Origin: Pecten maximus
Lineage: Eukaryota
Assembly: GCF_902652985.1 (NCBI RefSeq)
Contig: NC_047029.1
Location: forward strand, 3,720,001-3,784,000
DNA length: 64,000 nucleotides
Direction of reading: 5' to 3'
Under the pieces are notes generated by a model that saw only the letters and a list, made by a program, of their open reading frames with translations, searched no databases and was not told the DNA's origin. Position 1 is the stretch's first letter; each line of letters starts with the position of its first letter. The position numbers and the translations under genes were made by a program. Shown piece by piece: positions 36,489 to 50,500 of this stretch.

Positions 36489-38109
36489 TCAATCTAAGAA
36501 GGTAATTTAGGACCGAATATGTCACCATCCAACGCCAGAAGTAATTTGGTTATAACTTTGATTAGAATATTAAGGTATGCCCATCTCTAAATGCACAAGC
36601 GAGTAAAAACTACAAAAATGTTTTTAAAAAATCCAAAAAAAATCGCACAAATTGATTCAAAACTTGTCAATCTCTCCTTTTTTGAGTTAAAATTTGATAC
36701 TGAATAGAAACTGATTTTGTCAAGTAATCTCAGTGGCAGGCTAAAGTGATAGATTTCAACAGTTATAGTTCATACCTTAGCAAAGAAATTATCTGTCATC
36801 AATGACACTTTGTAAAGTATTTGGAGAAACAAGCGAATCTGTCCTTGCAGGAAAAGTAATTATGCAGTAAATATCTTGCTGTAATAATTGGGAACCTCTA
36901 AGTCAGAAAACATGAGCCTCTTACTTGGTAAAGCTAGCGCAAAGAGTCTTTGGAATAAGTAACAAAAGCATGGCACAAATATAATATGTGTTATATGTAG
37001 TTACTAGAAAACATAATATCATGTCATCTCATAATTGCTGAAAATAAGTATAAAAAAATATGATATTACTAATTTCGTAATACATGTACCTAAAAATAAC
37101 TGGTAATTAACTTATTGCAAAGTTTAAGAATATTGGCCGAATAATGGAAAGAAATCAGCCTTCCAAAAATACAATTGTAAATAATTAATGGTTTACTTGT
37201 CTCAGTGCGATGGTTATAGGTGATGGAGACAGGCCCACCTGGGGTTAAACTAGGGCAGACCACTTACCAAAATAGTCACTAGGTCAATATCTTCTCCCTA
37301 GGAATTAAAATCATTAGTTTGAAGTCAAACTAAAAGTACTTCATTATATATATCTTCGTAAACATAAAGACTGAAATCAGGCAACTGAACATACAATGGT
37401 GATAGGGAACACAATACTTGTCATGCCTGCATGACATTTAGCTGTAGGTGATGTTGATCAGGGGTTACCACGGAAACAGTGTCTTCTGGAGGCTTTCCAT
37501 GATATGGCCAAAATGGATATCAACACTAACTGCCTGAAATAAATATTGATCTAAAGAGGCTTGCCAGATAAACCTGTAAACACGGAAATCCAGGGCATCA
37601 ACTGGTGGACATGACGACACATACTACCCCTAAGCTAGACAGAAAATGTATCCTCAACGTTGTCATTCATCACGTCATTGTTGTAGTAGATTGCCATATA
37701 AGATATGATGCAAATTTTAACAAGCAGCAGGCACCTAAAGCTTTAATTTACTAGCTAGTCAGCAACAGTCTTTTAAGTTTCCAAGGATCAGTATCAGACA
37801 GTTTTGAATACATTTGAATGTCTCTGTTTGAGGTCCGAGCTATTGGTGATACTGACCTTATGAAATTTGATACTTTGGGTCCAGAACTTGGAAAAATTTT
37901 AATGAGGAAATATAAATTCAAGTAATTTATGTAAATTGGTCTAGTCTTATTTAATATATTGCATCTTGGTTTACTTTCTCAACTGTGAGCACCTGAATTA
38001 CAAATAGTTAATACTTGTTATCTCAAATTCTGATAACTCAATAACCCTGCTTAACTGGAAATTAACATTCAGTTCTGACAGTAAAAATCATATGTAAAAT
38101 ACAAAGGTT

Positions 38110-38693
38110 ACCTCAAATACTTAGGATATCTCAAATACTCAGGATATCTCAAACACCCAGGATATCTCAAATACTCAGGATATCTCAAATACTCAGGATA
38201 TCTGAAATACCCAGGATATCTCAAATACTCAGGATATCTGAAATACCCAGGATATCTCGAATACTCAGGATATCTCAAATACCCAGGATATCACAAATAC
38301 TCAGGATATCTGAAATACTCTAGATATTTCAAATACTCAGGATATCTCAAACACCCAGGATATCTCAAATACTCAGGATATCTCAAATACTCAGGATATC
38401 TGAAATACCCAAGATATCTCAAATACTCAGGATATCTCAAATACCCAGGATATTTTAAATACCCAGGATATCTCAAATACTCAGGATATCTCAAATACTC
38501 CGGATATCTCAAATTCTCAGGATATTTTAAATACTCAGGATATCTCAAATACTCAGTATATCTCAAATAATCCGGATATCTCAAATACTCAGGATATCTC
38601 AAATACTCAGGATATCTCAAATAATCCGGATATCTCAAACACTCAAGGATATCTCAAATACTCAGGATATCTCAAATACCCAGGATATCTCAA
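38110..38693. repeat. 18-bp minisatellite (ggatatctcaaatactca), probably inside a decayed Tc1/pogo-type MITE (c.38020-38742)
   Basis: Tandem copies; right end gagataatgaggttcgactg-ta. Confidence 0.85.
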
Positions 38694-39650
38694 AGTTTGT
38701 CCATGAGCCCAATAACTTGGGAGATAATGAGGTTCGACTGTAATCTGTTCAGAAAATATCATTTCAATGTGCATCTTAATAATAAAAAAATCATTATATT
38801 CTACATCAACATAAAATGAAAAATCATTACATCAAATTAATATATTGCTAAATATAAAATAACTTCTCATTCAAATCAAAATTTTCAATTTCATTACCAT
38901 AATTTAGCAATGAGCATGTTTGATGCTATGAATTCGAAGTCATCAATGTGAGCTGACTTAGAAGGTGGAGCAGGATAATGGCTATTTATCAAATGTACAT
39001 CAATATAGGTTTACATAATGGTTCTCTACACTACACATTGCATATACAGTTAAAATATACAAATCAAAATATACAAACAAAATTTTAAAGTATTTTTTAG
39101 AATACTAAATATAGCTATTATATATAATTTAAGTACAACAACATTTCAGGTTCACCTTGCAAGCCCTTCCATACAAACACGCACTCTTATACAAATCCTT
39201 ACACACATTCTATTTGAAAAGATGATGCCAGCAAATGACAATCTTGCACAAAATTCATATAAAAATAATCACTGTACTATTATGTTGCTAGTTTTACAGA
39301 TATACATCATTTAAGTAATTATTTCAGTCCAACTTTCACCAATTGTAAAATCAATAAGTTCAATTTATCTGTAGTGATAATAAAGGGTATTTTCATGACA
39401 ATCACAAAATTATGTTAGATTTTACTGTACACTGAAATGTAGTCTTATCAGAATATTAATTTCAAGTGATAATTTACAAGTTGAAACAGCGAAACACTGC
39501 TTTTTAAGGTAATACAGATTTCTCAAATATCCAGATATTGGAATTTGAGATTTTAATACTGTACAAAGCTTGATATAAAATGTGAAACAATGACCTTGTT
39601 GCTCAGGTCAAAAGTGACCCATGTCAGTCTGATCTCAAGTCATTGATCCT

Positions 39651-39892
39651 GGCCCAGTTGTTCAAAAGGTGATTAGCTTAATCACTTGATTAGTGAAAAT
39701 CTCATTTCTACTTTACTTCAAAACCGCTGTGTGTATTCCTTAAAATGGACAGGTAGGAAGGACTGATGAGTGTTACATTTATATAGTTTCATAAAGTTTT
39801 GTCACGTCAGTTTTTTAAAAACATGATTTATCAGGTTTTTTAAATTGTTGTTAAATTGTGATTAGCCTAATTATCTTTTGAACAAGTGGGCC
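39651..39892. mobile_element. MITE (PIF/Harbinger-like); second, interrupted copy at c.62220-63310
   Basis: TIR ggcccagttgttcaaaag / cttttgaacaagtgggcc. Confidence 0.75.
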
Positions 39893-40079
39893 CTGGGGTA
39901 AAGGTTGGCTAACCCAATCTAATTATATAGGTCAAACAAGGTTGGCAGATCCAAAGGCAAACTTGAAGTTCAAATTGGCTGGACATAATCATAGATCAAT
40001 GTTGGCTGATCCCAACCAGAGCACAGGCCTAGGTCTGCAGACTCTAACAAGACTTCTGGTCAAGTTTGCTGACCATAAT

Positions 40080-40260
40080 CAGACGTCAGATCAAGGTTGG
40101 GTGATCAACACCACAGGTCAAGGTTGGCTGATCCCAGTGGGACGTCAGGTCAAGGTTGGCTGATCTCAATCAGACCTCAGGTCAAGGTTGGATGATCTCA
40201 ATCAGACCTCAGGTCAAGGTTGCATGATCTCAATCAGACCTCAGGTCAAGGTTGGATGAC
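40080..40260. repeat. ~30-bp repeat (gatctcaatcagacctcaggtcaaggttgg)
   Basis: Visible copies, degenerate upstream. Confidence 0.8.
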
Positions 40261-41149
40261 CCCAACTTGACAAGACTAGAGTTCTCCATCTCAGAACAGA
40301 CATTAATTATCAGACAAAAATTTATCAGAGAAAAATACCAGATCTGACCAGACCAAAATCAGTCAAAAATGAGCTATACAGATTTTTTTGGGAATGATTC
40401 CTATCATTATAAATTAACAATAAAAAATTAGAAAAAAAAAACAACACAAGAACGTGTAGCCGCCTAATGATCTAAACGTACTTCATTGTACAGCAGCCAC
40501 GATACCCTAATAATCACTCACAGAAGTGGACTATCACAATAACATACTACTGGATACTGCTACCATAGGACTATGTAAAGATTGTAAATACGTAAAACAT
40601 GTGGAATAATGAAAACTAGCAAAAATGTGGTCATTTCCTCTGTTAGCTGACAATTCCCAGCATTCTAACACATCAAAGGTAACATGCTACCCCACACATT
40701 GATTTGAACTTCATGATCAGTTCTTTACAAACAGGCCTTAGTAGTCCTGATCTTAGCACATCTGTCAACTTTCCAAATCAATGCTAACATCCAAATTATA
40801 AGTTACAGGTGCTTTTGAGAACTCTTTTGAAAGTGAGATTATCGTTAGAAAGGTAGCATACATCCTTAACTGTCTTGTAACAGTTTACCTAGCCCTATGT
40901 AGACATTTCCACCGCCAATGTTATTGGCAGTACCCCATCACACCATCTACTGGACTGTTGATACTTTTCATTGCTAGATGTAGTCGAGGTAATGATTTAA
41001 TTTGGTCTTGACAGTTCCTGTGTCATAGAAAGCACACAATGTTACTCATCACCGATCGTGATCAGTCACCGTTCGCAGCATGCTAAACACTTTACTGTTT
41101 GTGTGTGTCACATGCATCAACTTATCAGATTTCTATTGACTTTGAATGA

Positions 41150-41420
41150 CACATCGCTGACCACCATTCATGATTTGCAGTCACACCAATGATTGTGTTT
41201 CAATATGCTTCAAGTCACACATCACTGATCACGTCTCCATTTGCTTCAAGTCACACATCACTGACCACGTCTCCATTTGCTGCAAATCACACATCACTGA
41301 TCATGTCTCCATTTGCTGCAAGTCACACATCACTGATCATGTCTCCATTTAATTTGCTGCAAGTCACACATCACTGAACAACTCTCTATTTGCTGCGAGT
41401 CACACATCACTGATCACTGT
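41150..41420. repeat. ~36-bp minisatellite in the probable GALNT 3' UTR
   Basis: caagtcacacatcactgatcacgtctccatttgctg; starts about 90 nt past the stop codon. Confidence 0.85.
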
Positions 41421-41509
41421 CAAGTCTCCATTCTCACAGTTGTGGCAGATAATTAAATATTTTAAGCTTATCACAAGTTTTTACATTGAATACTAGACTA
41501 CACCTTTTA

Positions 41510-41565
41510 TCACCATTTCATATCCTTTATTATCCATTTTTGAGAAGCACTACCATCACAAGCTC
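41510..41565 (-). CDS. GALNT1: GALNT last coding exon [18 protein letters not shown]
   Basis: gtttcag acceptor, phase 1, final Cys and QxW, TGA. Confidence 0.9.
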
Positions 41566-44500
41566 CTGAAACAGAAGAAAGTTCTGGCTACAATACACAT
41601 TACATTGTACAACTTTTAAAAATAACAACATTGTTATGTCATTCCCAATTTAATTGTATTTGCACCAGATTCTTAGCGACACCAAACGGTGTCGGATAAT
41701 TCCACGTTTTCATATAGTAGTGCGCTCTGGCCCTACACCAGACATGGTGTCAGGGCAAGAGGAAACTCGGCCTATGGCTAGACATTGTGGGTGAGTAATG
41801 GAGAGGGGAAATGGCTTGACATAGTAGCGGAGCCAAAGTCTCAAATCAATTATGTTGTATACACATTACTGATTTACCTAGCATTTACTCTGTTTTTAAA
41901 TATATCAAAATTTACCACTGAATCACAAATCGATAGTTTAGACACTGTGGGTGAGGATTTATATGAGAACATACAGCTTGACAGCTCCTAGACACTAAGG
42001 GTGGGTATTGGAGAGGGGAGACAGCTTCACAGCACCAAAACACTGTGGGTGGGTATTGGAGAGGGGAGACAGCTTCACAGCACCAAAACACTGTGGGTAG
42101 GTATTGGAGAGGGCAGATGGATTGATAGAGCCTAGTATATACAAAGTGGGCAGGTATTGGAGAGGGCAGATAGGACCTAGACACAGTGGGCAGGTACTGG
42201 AAAGGGCAGATAGGATCTAGACACAGTGGGTAGGTACTGGAGAGGGAAGATAAGACCTAGACAATGTGGGTGGGTATTGGAGAGGGCAGATAGGACCTAG
42301 ACACAGTGGGCAGGTACTGGAGAGGGGAGATATGACCTAGACACAGTGGGCAGGTATACTGGAAAGGGCAGATAGGATCTAGACAATGTGGGTGGGTACT
42401 GGAGAGGGAAGATAAGACCTAGACAATGTGGGTGGGTATTGGAGAGGGCAGATAGGACCTTGACACAGTGGGCAGGTACTGGAGAGGGGAGATAGGACCT
42501 GGACAATGTGGGTGGGTATTGGAGAGGGCAGATGGATAGACAGGACCTAGACATTGTGGGTGGGTATTGGAGAGGGGAGATGGATAGACAGAACACAGAC
42601 ATCGTGGGCAAGTTTTGGAGAGGGGAGATGGATAGACAGGACCTAAACATTGTGGGCAAGTTTTGGAGAGGGCAGATGGATAGACAGGACCTAGACATTG
42701 TGGGAAAGTTTTAGAGAGGGGAGATGGATAGACAGGACACAGACATTGTGGGCAAGGTTTGGAGAGGGGAGATGGATAGACAGGACACAGACATTGTGTG
42801 CAAGTTTTAGAGGGGAGATGGATAGACAGGACCTAGACATTTTGGGCAAGTTTTAGAGAGGGGAGATGGATAGACAGGACCTAGACATTGTGGGCAAGTT
42901 TTGGAGAGGGGAGATGGATAGACAGGACCTAGACATTGTGGGCACGTTTTGGAGAGGGGAGATGGATAGACAGGACACAGACATTGTGTGCAAGTTTTAG
43001 AGAGGGGAGATGGATAGACAGGACCTAGACATTGTGGGCAAGTTTTAGAGAGGGGAGATGGATAGACAGGACCTAGACATTGTGGGCACGTTTTGGAGAG
43101 GGGAGATGGATAGACAGGACACAGACATTGTGTGCAAGTTTTAGAGAGGGGAGATGGATAGACAGGACCTAGACATTGTGGGCAAGTTTTGGAGAGGGGA
43201 GATGGATAGACAGGACCTAGACATTGTGGGCAAGTTTTGGAGAGGGGAGATGGATAGACAGGACCTAGACATTGTGGGCAAGTTTTGGAGAGGGGAGATG
43301 GATAGACAGGACCTAGACATTGTGGGCAAGGTTTGGAGAGGGGAGATGGATAGACAGGACCTAGACATTGTGGGCAAGTTTTGGAGAGGGGAGATGGATA
43401 GACAGGTCACAGACATTGTGGGCAAGTTTTGGAGAGGGGAGATGGATAGACAGGACCTAGACATTGTGGACAAGTTTTAGAGAGGGGAGATGGATAGACA
43501 GGACACAGACATTGTGGGCAAGGTTTGGAGAGGGGTGATGGATAGACAGGACACAGACATTGTGGGCAAGTTTTGGAGAGGGGAGATGGATAGACAGGAC
43601 ACAGACATTGTGGGCAAGTTTTGGAGAGGGGAGATGGATAGACAGGACACAGACATTGTGGGCAAGGTTTGGAGAGGGGAGATGGATAGACAGGACCTAG
43701 ACATTGTGGGCAAGTTTTGGAGAGGGGAGATGGATAGACAGGACACAGACATTGTGGGCAAGGTTTGGAGAGGGGAGATGGATAGACAGGACCTAGACAT
43801 TGTGGGCAAGGTTTGGAGAGGGGAGATGGATAGACAGGACCTAGACATTGTGGGCAAGTTTTGGAGAGGGCAGATGGATAGACAGGACCTAGACATTGTG
43901 GGCAAGTTTTAGAGAGGGGAGATGGATAGACAGGACACAGACATTGTGTGCAAGTTTTAGAGGGGAGATGGATAGACAGGACACAGACATTGTGGGCAAG
44001 TTTTAGAGGGGAGATGGATAGAAAGGACCTAGACATTGTGGGAAAGTTTTGGAGAGGGGAGATGGATAGACAGGTCCTAGACATTGTGGGCAAATTTTAG
44101 AGAGGGGAGATGGATAGACAGGACACAGACATTGTGGGCAAGTTTTGGAGAGGGCAGATGGATGGACAGGACCTAGACATTGTGGGCAAATTTTAGAGAG
44201 GGGAGATGGATAGACAGGACACAGACATTGTGGGCAAGTTTTGGAGAGGACAGATGGATAGACAGGACACAGACATTGTGGGCAAGTTTTGGAGAGGGCA
44301 GATGGATAGACAGGCCACAGACATTGTGGGCAAGTTTTAGAGAGGGCAGATGGATAGACAGGACACAGACATTGTGGGCAAGTTTTGGAGAGGGCAGATG
44401 GATAGACAGGACACAGACATTGTGGGCAAGTTTTAGAGAGGGGAGATGGATAGACAGGACACAGACATTGTGGGAAAGTTTTAGAGAGGGGAGATGGATA

Positions 44501-47500
44501 GACAGGACACAGACATTGTGGGCAAGTTTTGGAGAGGGGAGATGGATAGACAGGACCTAGACATTGTGGGAAAGTTTTGGAGAGGGCAGATGGATTGACA
44601 GGACCTAGACATTGTGGGCAAATTTTAGAGAGGGGAGATGGATAGACAGGACCTAGACATTGTGGGCAAGTTTTGGAGAGGGGAAATGGATAGACAGGAC
44701 ACAGATATTGTGGGCAAGGTTTGGAGAGGGGAGATGGATAGACAGGACCTAGACATTGTGGGAAAGTTTTGAAGAGGGGAGATGGATAGACAGGACACAG
44801 ACATTGTGGGAAAGTTTTGAAGAGGGGAGATGGATAGACAGGACACAGACATTGTGGGAAAGTTTTGAAGAGGGGAGATGGATAGACACACCTAGATACT
44901 ATGGATAAGTATTGGACATGTAGAGGAAGGCTGGGGATAGAATCTTACCAATTGTTGGTGCCTCCCTATCTGACGGCTTGGCAGCACCTAGACATTGTTT
45001 GCTATTAATGTGTCGCAGCTCCAATGTCTGTAAAACAAACAAACATGATTTACAACACCTAACAAATAGCATCAGATCTGATAGAGATAACAATACTTGT
45101 GTCACATAAAATACTCTCATAATCTTCTAGTTACATTATGCTCGAGTTTCATTAATAATCCTACCCAATAATAAATAACCCTACCTTAAGGGTACAACAA
45201 TTATAAAACATCCCCTGTATATACTTCAGTCCCCTATTTGAGATTTGGAATGACCATTTTGATCACACTTATTAAAAAGGATTTTTAAGCAAAAAAAAAA
45301 AAAATATTTTTTTAACTGTTTCCATTGTTATGTCAAAAATGGATACCACAAATTATGAATTTGTTCCCCTACAAAAAACAGAGGAACACTTCAGGATAAC
45401 TACACATTAAATGTTTATATTAGGTTAGGAACTCAAGGGTGACCAGGCCAAACCAAGTCTACGAAAACATGATGATAATTCAATATTCAAACAGAGTTAA
45501 ACTCCCATATTGTACCGGTAAGTAAATTTGTTAGAAGTTGCTGGTGATCAGATTTTAGTATTATTATAACATACATGCTGGTGATCAGATTTTAGTATTA
45601 TTATAACATACAAATTTATTTAACTGTACACAGTGAGTTGATGCATGGATGGCTCTATATAACAACACTGTCATAGTTTATATCGTTCAACAATTAAATG
45701 TGCTAGCATCATAATAGCAAGTTCAAAACGAGATACAGCTGTACGTGTCATTGATCACATGTATAGGCTCAGAATAACAGATTTAAAATACACTGAATCA
45801 TAGATAAAAATAAAACATGGTTCACTTAACCATCATATCATTCAAATTAATATATATCGGAAAAATTGCCTGTCTTTAATCCCTTTTTTTCAAATTCCAA
45901 AACAAATAATACTGCAAAGCGATGTAGGGTGAAATTCTGAAACCTTACAAAGGAATATTCTGCACAATTTCTGTCTGTTCTGTACCTTACATGAAGAACT
46001 TTTTCAAACTACTCTACTAGGAAAGCTCATTCAGTTAGTTAAGGCAATGTAACCTCAGGCGAAGATCCCAGGTACTTGTTTCAACACTCACCACCAATGG
46101 CGGTTTGTGTTTCTCAGGAAGCTGAGAAATAAATTGTTCTGAGCTGACCTATGTGGTTGTGTCCTTGGACAAAACACTTTACCCTTATTGCGCTGGATGA
46201 CATGCCACCTCGCAACAGGCTATTTGTTAGTTGTTCAATGATGTCGTCACCAACTATTACATGGAGACCCCGCCTCAAAATGACCCAACCGTTCACGAGG
46301 CAATAAACCAAACAAACAAATCTTTAAAGCTATTGTCAGCATCAAAATATCTTTCCTGTGGTCAGTTTGGAAAAATGCAACTAACATGTGACTGCCTTAT
46401 TATGGTGGATTTGGAAATCCAGAACTGAAGGGTCACAGAATCATGGACTTTATGCAAGTAATGGATGAATACAAAAGTGTGTACATTGTAAACCTACCAT
46501 TTCTACTGGCATCACAATTTCTTTGCTTATTAAGCTTATTTCTTGTGAATTTTAAAATGTACATATTAGATATCTCACACTGTTTAGCTAATTTAATGCA
46601 AACCTGATGTGATGCAATGAGGGCCATGAGGATGTTTATCAATCGATCTAGATAGATCAACATCAAATTTCTATAAATCAAATATTGTATGTTTGGTAAA
46701 TTGCGGCATATTATTTTCATAACAAAATATTACGCTTTTGTCAATTCAATTTTCACAAAAAATCATCATATGAAATCCTAACTTGTGCTGAATACCCCTT
46801 TGATCACACACCACAACAGTTCGTCATCTGAGTGAGGTTTTGCCTCTGTCTTGTAGGAACTTGATACAATGATGCACAAATTATATTTTCATTAATAATA
46901 AATGTGATTTGACAACATAATAAAGCATTGTTGATGTCCCTCCTCAGTTCAGAAATCGAGCAAACTATATATTATTAGATTTTTATATTAGTAGAAGCCT
47001 TTAATTACGAGACTAAATCAGTGAATTGAATAGAAAAGCGGTTTAATTTGAGAAAAAGAATAACGAAAAAAGAACTTTCAAATTTTACGATGATATTTCA
47101 GAATGACAGATGTTAGAGAGCGTGTACACATAAATTAATTTAGTGTTGAACAATATTACCCATACTTTCTGGAGAGGAGGGACACAGTGTATCAACGTTA
47201 TATCACCTGTCGCTTATGTCAATCAAGGATGTTAATTATTCTAAAATATCAATCTTAAGATCTAGATGAGGAAAGAATTAGATATCAAAATACAAACCGT
47301 TATCTTAGGAAGAGTATCAGGCATGCTGCCTGAACATTGTGAACAATCTCTATAAAATATGGCTTTCTCGCCAACAATGAATGAAAACCTGGTTGACAAT
47401 AAGCGACAATATAATGAAATTGTACGTATCAACACCATTAATACACCAGGCTGGCCAGCATGCTGTGATCCACACTCCATGGTCAACAAGTTCAGGTTAT

Positions 47501-50500
47501 CTCCCCTTCATAATAGGAACAAGTTATTTTCCTTTGTACAGCTAGGTAATGGTTATTTCCACTTTGTAATGAGTATGGGTTATTTCCCCTTTGTAATGAG
47601 TATGGGTTATTTCCCCTTTGTAATGAGTATGGGTTATTTCCCCTTTGTAATGAGTATGGGTTATTTCCCCTTTGTAATGAGTATGGGTTATTTCCCCTTT
47701 GCAATGAGTACGAGTTATTTCCCCTTTGTAATGAGTATGGGTTATTTCCCCTTTGTAATGAGTATGGGTTATTTCCCCTTTGTAATGAGTATGGGTTATT
47801 TCCCCTTTGTAATGAGTAGGGGTAACTTCTCCTTTGTAACGAGTATGGGTTATTTCCCCTTTGTAATGAGTAGGGATAACTTCTCCTTTGAAATGAGTAT
47901 GGGTTATTTCCCCTTTGTAATGAGTATGGGTAACTTCCACTTTGAAATGAGTATGGGTTATTTCTCATTTGTAATATGTATGAGTTATTTTGTAAAAGGT
48001 TTAAGTTATTTTATCCTTTGTTATAGTTATTTCCCCTTAGTAAAAAGAGAAGAGTGAAACATTAAACTTTTAAAATTGTTATAGGTTAAGATGTGGTGAG
48101 TACAACTAAATCAGAGATAGTGTTTGGGTATTGTGAGTTGTGAGAGTGGTTAGTTTATAGACAACAGACTTAATGTCTGATAAACTCTTAAGCCTCTACA
48201 TGTATCTATTTACTAACACACTACATCCATGTCTACTCTATACAGTATCTAATGTACATCTTATTGCTTTTTTATCATAAAACTGTGACACTAAGTTAAA
48301 GTTGCTTTTAATACCAAACAGATCAGCCTTAGATACATCTTCATTTCAAAACTACATACCTAATATAATATCTTGATATGTTTAATTTTTGTTCTTGTAA
48401 ACTATTTCAAAATATAGATAATTTTAATAATAACTGATTAATTAAAGGGTAGTAACATAGACTGTTTGAAAGTAGATATTGCGAGATTCACAAGCAATAG
48501 TTGTGGCAGGTTTAACACTAGTATATTTTACAGCAATGAGCCTGTTCCTGGAAACAAAGCTATATATATATATATATGCATGTCAAATGCATTCCTTGGC
48601 ACATCTGTCATGAATGTTTGGATACTAACATGAACAATTCTTATTAATTACAGAATCAATGTCTATCAGGGAATCAATTAAGCATACATTATAGGTTAGA
48701 TTCAGCATTATCTTAAGTGCTAAGTATCCCTCAATATATATATCAATCAGAAAAGATGTCACACTTGTATCTACTTCCATAACAGTCTTAACCAAATGAC
48801 AACTTTGTTAATGCCAGTCAAAACAATACCATCAAGTGGTATTTCATTGTCCTAATAAAATCTGTATTCTACTTCGTGTAAATGTTGGCCACCTGGACCT
48901 GATATAGGATAAATATGTTTCGCTCCGATTTCCTGAGATTCATACTTTCATACTGTGAACAAACATTACATTGTCAAGGTTAAATATGCACTAGTACATA
49001 ACAAACAACTTTAACAATACCATACTGTAAAAGGTGTATAGACACAACTCTAATACAACAGAATCTGGCCTCACAATTAGTCCAAAACGTACTAATCAGT
49101 AAACAAACATCTGACATGTATCTAGGCATATAAGACATCTTAGCTTTGTGTTAGTAAGGGTTATTCTAAAACAAACGTTAACTAATCCTTGCTCACCTCT
49201 AAACCTACACAGATCTAGAGTTAGCTAAAACATAGAGTTAGCCTAAACCTACACAGAATTAGACTAAACCTACACAGAGTTAGCCTAAACCTACACAGAG
49301 TTAGTCTAAACCTACACAGAGTTAGCCTAAACCTACACAGAGTTAGTCTAAACCTACACAGAATTAGACTAAACCTACAGAGTTAGCCTAAACCTACACA
49401 GAGTTAGACTAAACCTACACAGAGTTAGCCTAAACCTACACAGAGTTAGCCTAAACCTACACAGAATTAGACTAAACCTACACAGAGTTAGCCTAAACCT
49501 ACACAGAGTTAGACTAAACCTACACAGAATTAGACTAAACCTACACAGAGTTAGACTAAACCTACACAGAGTTAGACTAAACCTACACAGAATTAGACTA
49601 AACCTATACAGAGTTAGACTAAACCTACACAGAGTTAGCCTAAACCTACACAGAGTTAGCCTAAACCTACACAGAGTTAGACTAAACCTACACAGAGTTA
49701 GCCTAAACCTACACAGAGTTAGACTAAACCTACACAGAGTTAGCCTAAACCTACACAGAGTTAGCCTAAACCTACAGAGTTAGACTAAACCTACACAGAG
49801 TTAGCCTAAACCTACACAGAGTTAGCCTTAACCTACACAGAGTTAGCCTAAACCTACAGAGTTAGACTAAACCTACACAGAGTTAGCCTAAACCTACAGT
49901 TAGACTAAACCTACACAGAGTTAGACTAAACCTACACAGAGTTAGACAAAACCTACAAATGTGTTAAGAAATACACCTGTGTTAGTCTATACCTACACCT
50001 GTGACAGTCTATACCTACACCTGTGTTAGTCTATACCAACACCTGTGTTAGTCTATACCTACATCTGTGGTAGTCTATACGTATACCTACACCTGTGACA
50101 GTCTATACCTACACCTGTGACAGTCTATACCTACACCTGTGTTAGTCTATACCTACACCTGTGATAGTCTATACCTACACCTGTGTTAGTCTATACCTAC
50201 ACCTGTGGTAGTCTATACCTACACCTGTGTTAGTCTATACCTACACCTGTGTTAGTCTATACCTACATCTGTGATAGTCTATACCTACATCTGTGATAGT
50301 CTATACCTACACCTGTGGTAGTCTATACCTACACCTGTGTTAGTCTATACCTACACCTGTGGTAGTCTATACGTATACCTACACCTGTGACAGTCTATAC
50401 CTACACCTGTGACAGTCTATACCTACACCTGTGACAGTCTATACCTACACCTGTGGTAGTCTATACCTACACCTGTGGTAGTCTATACCTACATCTGTGA

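Noticed and set aside
38291-38638. (YPEYLR)n ORF
   Set aside because: 18-bp repeat, non-ATG start, flanked by MITE-like ends
42297-44891. Repetitive ORFs on both strands
   Set aside because: 48-bp minisatellite inside the last GALNT intron
47262-48057. Possible third lectin exon (caaccag|gttttc) and the 232-aa plus-strand ORF
   Set aside because: The phase-0 frame stops after 12 codons with no lectin pattern; the long ORF is due to the 27-bp repeat
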